From the human T2T-CHM13v2.0 reference genome, Homo sapiens, in assembly GCF_009914755.1 (NCBI RefSeq), contig NC_060948.1: a stretch of DNA of 64,000 bases; one strand, 5' to 3'. The translations under genes and the position numbers were made by a program. The notes beneath the pieces were generated by a model. It was given only the letters and a program-made list of their open reading frames with translations, had not been told where the DNA came from and searched no databases. Below, piece after piece: positions 57,300 through 64,000 of the stretch; within the stretch, counting starts at the first letter, position 1; each line of letters starts with the position of its first letter.

Positions 57300-60200
57300 A
57301 TGGAATCAAATCAATGGAATATAATGAAATGGAATGGAAAGGAATTGAATGGAGTAGATTGGATTGGATGGGATTGGAATGAAATGTACTGGAAAGGACT
57401 CGAATTTCATGAAACGGAATGGAATGAATTAGAACGGAATGGACTCGAATGGAATGGAATGTCATGGAATGGCATCAAATGGAATGGAATCGAATGCGAT
57501 GGAATGCTATGGAATGGAATGGAATGCATTGGAATGGAATGTCCTCTAATGGAATGTATTCGAGTGGAATGGAATCGAATATAATGGAGTCTAATGAAAG
57601 GGAATTGAAAGGAATGGGACCGAATACAATGGAATATACTGGAATGTAATGTAATGAACTCGAATGTAATTGACTGGAATGGAATGTACATGAATGGAAT
57701 GTAATCGAATGGAAAGCAATCCAATGGAATAGAATCTAATGCAATAAAATCGACTCAAATAGAGTAGAATGTAATGGAATGGAGTGCAGTGCAATGGAAT
57801 GGAATGGAATGGAATGCAATGGAATGGAATGGAATGGAATGGAATGGGATGGAATGGTATGGAATGGATAGTAATGGACTGGAGTGAAATGGACTGGAAA
57901 AGAATGGACTCAAATTGAAAGGGCTCGAAAGGAATGGAGTCAAATGGAATGGTCTGGAATGGAATGAACACGAATGTAATGCAATCCAATGGAATGGAAT
58001 CGAATGGCATGGAATATAAAGAAATGGAATCGAAGAGAATGGAAACAAATGGAATGGAATTGAATGGAATGGAATTGAATGGAATGGGAACGAATGGAGT
58101 GAAATTGTATGCAGTAGAAGAGAATAGAATGGAATGCAAGCGAAAGGAAAGGAATGGATTGGAATGGAATGGAATTCATTGGAATGGAAGGGAATGTAGT
58201 GTAATGGACAGGCCTGGAATAAAGTGGAATGCTACGGTCTCGAATGGAATAAAAATGTATGGAATGGAATGCAATGAAACGGAATCGAATGTCATAGAAT
58301 GTAATGGAATGCAAAAAAATGGACTCCAAAATCATTGACTGGAAAGGCTGGGTGTCGAAAGGAATTGACTCCAATGGAATGGAAGTGAATAGAATGGAAC
58401 TAAATCGAATGGAATGGAATTGATAGGAACGGAATGGAAAGGAATGCAATGATTTGGCATGGAATGGAATCGAATGGCATCGAATGGAATGGAATGGAAT
58501 GCAATGGAATGGAATGTATTAGAATGTAATGAACTTTAATGGAATGTACTCGAATGGATTCGACTGGAATGGAATGTTCTCGAAGTGAATGGACTCCAAT
58601 GGAATGGATTCGAAAGGAATGGAATCTAATGGAATGGAATTAAATGGAAATGAATCAAATTGAATAGAACGGAATTGAATTGAATGGAATCGAATGCAAT
58701 GGAATCTAATGAAACGGAAAGGAAAGGAATGGAATGGATTGGAATGGAATGGGCTGGAATGGAATGGAATCGAAACGAATGGAATGGAATCGAACTGAAG
58801 AGACTGGAATGGAATGCACTGGAATGGAAGGGAATGTAATGGAAGGTCCTCGAAAAAAATGGAATCGAAAGGAATGGAATTGAATGGAACGGAATAGAGT
58901 CGAATGGAATTGAATGGAATGGAATGGACTAGAGTGAAATGGAATCGAACCACAAGGAATGGACAGGAATAGAATGGTCTCGAATTGAATGGAATCGTAT
59001 GGAATGGCATCAAACGGAATGGAATGGACAGCCACGGAATGGAATGGACACCCACGGAATGGAATGCACTCGAATGCAATGGAGTCGACACTAATGGACT
59101 GGAATAGAATGGACTCGACTGGTACGGACTTCAATGGAATGGAATCGAATGGAAGGGAATCGAACGGAATGGACTCGAAGGGAAAAGACTGCAATGGAAA
59201 GGTCTCCAATGGAATGGAAATTAATGGAATGGAATGGAATCGAATGAAATGGAGTCAAAAGGAATGGAATCGAATGGCAAGAAATCGAATGTAATGGAAT
59301 CGAAAGGAATGGATGTGAACGGAACGGAATGGAATGGAATCCAAAGGAATGGAATAGAATGGAATGGAATCGAATGGAAAGGACTCGAATGGAAATCACT
59401 CGAATAGAATGCAATTTAATAAAATAGGATCAAATGTAATGGAATGGAATGGAAAGGAATCGAAACGAAAGGAATGGAGACAGATGGAATGGAATGGAAC
59501 AGAGAGCAATGGTATAGAATGGAATGGAATCATCTGGAATGGAATTGAATGGAATGGAATAATATGAAATGGAAAGGAATGGAATGGAATGCCCTTGAAT
59601 TAAATGGACTGGAATGGAATGGACTCGAACGGAGTGGAATGGAAAGTGTTGAAATAGAATGGAATGGACTCGTTTGGAATGGTCTAGTATGCAATGCAAT
59701 CGACTGGCAGGGAATCAAAAGGAATGTAATCGAATGGATTGGACTGGAATGCAATGGACTCGAATAGATTGGAAACGGAAAGCAAAGGAATGGAATGGAA
59801 TAGTATGGAATGCAATGGAAAGGAATGGAGTGGAATAGACTAGAGTGGAATGGAATGGACTCGAAAGCAATGGACTGGAATGGAACTTTCTTGAATGGAC
59901 TGGAATCAAACGGAATGGAATGCAATGCAATCAAATGGCATGGAATAAAATAGAATGAAAGAGAATGAAATGGAATTGAATCGAATGGAATCGAATGGAT
60001 TGGAAAGGAATAGAATGGAATGGAATGGAATTGACTCAAATGGAATGGACTACAATGGAATGGATTCGAATGGAAGGCAAAGGAATGGAATCTATTGGAA
60101 TGGACTGTAATGGAATGGAATGGAAGGGATTGGAATGGACTCGAATGGAATGGACTGCAATAGAAAGGATTCGAATGGAATGAAAAAGAATTGAATGGAA

Positions 60201-60838
60201 TAGAACAGAATGGAATCAAATCGAATGAAATGGAATGGAATAGAAAGGAATGGAATGAAATGGAATGGAAAGGATTCGAATGGAATGCAATCGAATGGAA
60301 TGCAATCGAATGGAATGGAATCGAACGGAATGGAATAAAATGGAGGAAAACTGGCAAGAAATGGAGTCGAAATGAATGGAGTGTTATGGAACCGACTCAA
60401 AAGGAATTGAATGTAATAGAATGGAGTGGAGTGGACTCGAATATAATGGACTGGAATGGAATGAAATCACATGGAATGGGAACGAATGGAATGGAATGGA
60501 AAGGAATGGAATCGAATGGAAAGGAATCGAATGGAAGGGAATGAAATTGAATCAACAGGAATGGAAGGGAGTAGAATAGACGGTAATGGAATGGACTCGA
60601 ATAGAATGGACACGAATGCTCAAATTGAATGGACTCGAATGGAATGGAAACGAAAGGAATGTCATCGAATGGAATTGAATCGATTGGAATGAAATCACAT
60701 AGAATGGAGTGGAATCAAATGGAATTGAATCGAAAGGAAAGGAAGCGAATGGACTGAAATGAAATGGAATGGAATTGAATGGAAATTAACGCAATGGAAT
60801 AGAATGGAACGAAATTTCACGGAATGGAATCAAACTGA
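57300..60838 (+). repeat. DYZ1 monomer U17, 3539 bp
   Basis: Anchor spacing 57300->60839. Confidence 0.9.
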
Positions 60839-63800
60839 ATGGAATCAAATCAATGGAATATAATCAAATGGAATGGAAAGGAATTGAATGGAGTAGATTG
60901 GATTGGATGGGATTGGAATGAAATGTACTGGAAAGGACTCGAATTTCATGAAACGGAATGGAATGAATTGGAACGGAATGGACTCGAATGGAATGGAATG
61001 TCATGGAATGGCATCAAATGGAATGGCATCAAATGGAATGGAATCGAATGCAATGGAATGCTATGGAATGGAATGGAATGCATTGGAATGGAATGTCCTC
61101 TAATGGAATGGATTCGAGTGGAATGGAATCGAATATAATGGAGTCGATTGAAATGGTATTGAAAGGAATGGGATCGAATACAATGGAATATACTGGAATG
61201 TAATGTAATGAACTCGAATGTAATTGACTGGAATGGAATGTACATGAATGGAATGTAATCGAATGGAAAGTAATCCAATGGAATAGAATCTAATGCAATA
61301 AAATCGACTCAGATAGAGTAGAATGTAATGGAATGGAGTGCAGTGCAATGGAATGGAATGGAATGGAATGCAATGGAATGGAATGGAATGGAATGGAATG
61401 GAATGGTGTGGAATGGATAGTAATGGACTGGAGTGAAATGGACTGGAAATGAATGGATTCAAATGGAAAGGGCTCGAAAGGAATGGAGTCAAATGGAATG
61501 GTCTGGAATGGAATGAACACGAATGTAATGCAATCCAATAGAATGGAATCGAATGGCATGGAATATAAAGAAATGGAATCGAAGAGAATGGAAACAAATG
61601 GAATGGAATTGAATGGAATGGAATTGAATGGAATGGGAACGAATGGAGTGAAATTGTATGCAGTAGAAGAGAATAGAATGGAATGCAAGCGAAAGGAAAG
61701 GAATGGATTGGAATGGAATGGAATTCATTGGAATGGAAGGGAATGTAGTGTAATGGACAGGCCTGGAATAAAGTGGAATGCTACGGTCTCGAATGGAATA
61801 AAAATGTATGGAATGGAATGCAATGAAACGGAATCGAATGTCATAGAATGTAATGGAATGCAAAAAAATGGAATCCAAAATCATTGACTGGAAAGGCTGG
61901 ATGTCGAAAGGAATTGACTCCAATGGAATGGAATCGAATGGAATGGAAGTGAATAGAATCGAACTAAATCGAATGGAATGGAATTGATAGGAACGGAATG
62001 GAAAGGAATGCAATGATTTGGCATGGAATGGAAACGAATGGTATCTAATGGAATGGAATGTAATGTAATGGAATGGAATGTATTAGAATGTAATGAACTT
62101 TAATGGAATGTACTCGAATGGATTCGACTGGAATGGAATGTTCTGGAAGTGAATGGACTCCAATGGAATGGATTCAAACGGAATGGAATCGTACAGAATG
62201 GAATCTAATGGAATGGAATTAAATGGAAATGAATCAAATTGAATAGCACGGAATTGAATTGAATGGAATGGAATGCAATGGAATCTAATGAAACGGAAAG
62301 GAAAGGAATGGAATGGAATGGAATGGGCTGGAATGGAAAGGAATCGAAACGAATGGAATGGAATCGAACTGAAGAGACTGGAATGGAATGCACTGGAATG
62401 GAAGGGAGTGTAATGGAAGGTTCTCGAAAAAAATGGAATCGAATGGAATGGAATTGAATGGAACGGAATAGAGTCGAATGGAATTGAATGGAATGGAATG
62501 GACTAGAGTGAAATGGAATCGAACCACAAGGAATGGACAGGAATAGAATGGTCTCGAATTGAATGGAATCGTATGGAATGGCATCAAACGGAATGGAATG
62601 GACAGCCACGGAATGGAATGCACTCGAATGCAATGGAGTCGAAACTAATGGACTGGAATAGAATGGACTCGACTGGTACGGACTCCAATGGAATGGAATC
62701 GAATGGAAGGGAATCGAACGGAATGGACTCGAAGGGAAAAGACTGCAATGGAAAGGTCTCGAATGGAATGGAAATTAATGGAATGGAATGGAATCGAATG
62801 AAATGGAGTCAAAAGGAATGGAATCGAATGGCAAGAAATCGAATGTAATGGAATCGCAAGGAATTGATGTGAACGGAACGGAATGGAATGGAATCCAAAG
62901 GAATGGAATAGAATGGAATGGAATCGAATGGAAAGGACTCGAATGGAAATCACTCGAATAGAATGCAATTTAATAAAATAGGATCAAATGTAATGGAATG
63001 GAATGGAAAGGAATCGAAACGAAAGGAATGGAGACCGATGGAATGGAATGGAACAGAGAGCAATGGTATAGAATGGAATGGAATCATCTGGAATGGAATT
63101 GAATGGAATGGAATAATATGAAATGGAATGGAATGGAATGGAATGGAATGCCCTTGAATTAAATGGACTGGAATGGAATGGACTCGAACACAGTGGAATG
63201 GAAAGTGTTGAGATAGAATGGAATGGACTCCTTCGGAATGGTGTAGTATCCAATGCAATCGACTGGCAGGGAATCAAAAGGAATGTAATGGAATGGATTG
63301 GACTGGAATGCAATGGACTCGAATAGATTGGAAACGGAATGCAAAGGAATGGAATGGAATAGTATGGAATGGAATGGAAAGGAATGGAGTGGAATAGACT
63401 AGAGTGGAATGGAATGGACTGGAAAGCAATGGACTGGAATGGAACTTTCTTGAATGGACTGGAATCAAACGGAATGGAATGCAATGCAATCAAATGGCAT
63501 AGAATAAGATAGAATGAAAGAGAATCAAATGGAATTGAATGGAATGGAATCGAATGGATTGGAAAGGAATAGAATGGAATGGAATGGAATTGACTCAAAT
63601 GGAATGGAGTAGAATGGAATGGATTCGAATGGAAGGCAAAGGAATGGAATCTATTGGAATGGACTGTAATGGAATGCAATGGAAGTGATTGGAATGGACT
63701 CGAATGGAATGGACTGCAATAGAAAGGATTCGAATGGAATGAAAAAGAATTGAATGGAATAGAACAGAATGGAATCAAATCGAATGAAATGGAATGGAAT

Positions 63801-64000
63801 AGAAAGGAATGGAATGAAATGGAATGGAAAGGATTCGAATGGAATGCAAACGAATGGAATGGAATCGAACGGAATGGAATAAAATGGAAGAAAACTGGCA
63901 AGAAATGGAATCGAAATGAATGGAGTGTTATGGAAGGGACTCAAAAGGAATTGAATGTAATAGAATGGAGTGGAGTGGACTCGAATATAATGGACTTGAA
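60839..64000 (+). repeat. DYZ1 monomer U18 (truncated by window end; flank type)
   Basis: Same landmark order; alleles match U1-U3 rather than U5-U17. Confidence 0.9.

Larger units (their letters stand above)
1..64000 (+). repeat. DYZ1: Human satellite 3 (HSat3) array of DYZ1 type, (GGAAT)n, Yq12 heterochromatin
   Basis: Diverged GGAAT pentamers across the entire window in one orientation; ~3.5-kb periodicity of landmark motifs; one AGGCCT (HaeIII/StuI) and adjacent GAATTC per standard monomer; U12 is 3564 bp, the classical DYZ1 length; the reverse complement around 4700-4746 reads CCTGTCCATTACACTACATTCCCTTCCATTCCAATGAATTCC, which I recall as DYZ1 sequence. Confidence 0.97.

Noticed and set aside
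168-63944. Hundreds of ORFs of 61-310 aa on both strands
   Set aside because: They are the 15-bp codon cycle of GGAAT (MEWNG) and ATTCC (FHSIP), overlap in all frames, and are opened or closed by random monomer variants. No domain or gene structure is visible.
1-64000. CRISPR-like or prokaryotic repeat system
   Set aside because: No constant repeat with unique spacers and no cas or other genes; this is human satellite DNA.
1-64000. DYZ2 (HSat1B), Alu/L1 insertion, inversion, or HSat2 identity
   Set aside because: No AT-rich or Alu-derived segment, no switch to the CATTC strand, and no dominant CATTCGATTC ~26-bp HSat2 periodicity were seen.

Overview
The whole 64-kb window is one uninterrupted array of human satellite 3, (GGAAT)n on the + strand throughout with no inversion or inserted element seen. 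It is organised into ~3.5-kb tandem monomers that I recognise as the Y-specific DYZ1 repeat of Yq12: one StuI/HaeIII site (AGGCCT) next to an EcoRI site per standard monomer, a 3564-bp monomer, and both classical DYZ1 sexing-PCR primer sites. Using the recurring ...ACTGAATGGAATCAAATCAATGG anchor (ORF starts 951, 3815, 7373 ... 60839) there are 17 complete monomers (U1-U17, 2864-3889 bp) plus two partial ones (U0, U18). There are no genes: every listed ORF is a translation artefact of the pentamer (MEWNG / FHSIP). I do not find a new gene system. The most interesting signals are (i) three perfect GAAnnTTCnnGAA heat-shock elements per monomer (52 of 55 positions intact, counted by eye), (ii) a layered history with a homogeneous derived core (~10.3-60.8 kb) inside flanks that share alleles with each other, including a 7063-bp dimer duplication and mosaic monomers, and (iii) a ~0.7-kb deletion and a 325-bp tandem duplication that break in the same pure GGAAT tract. 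All comparisons were made by eye and need alignment to confirm.
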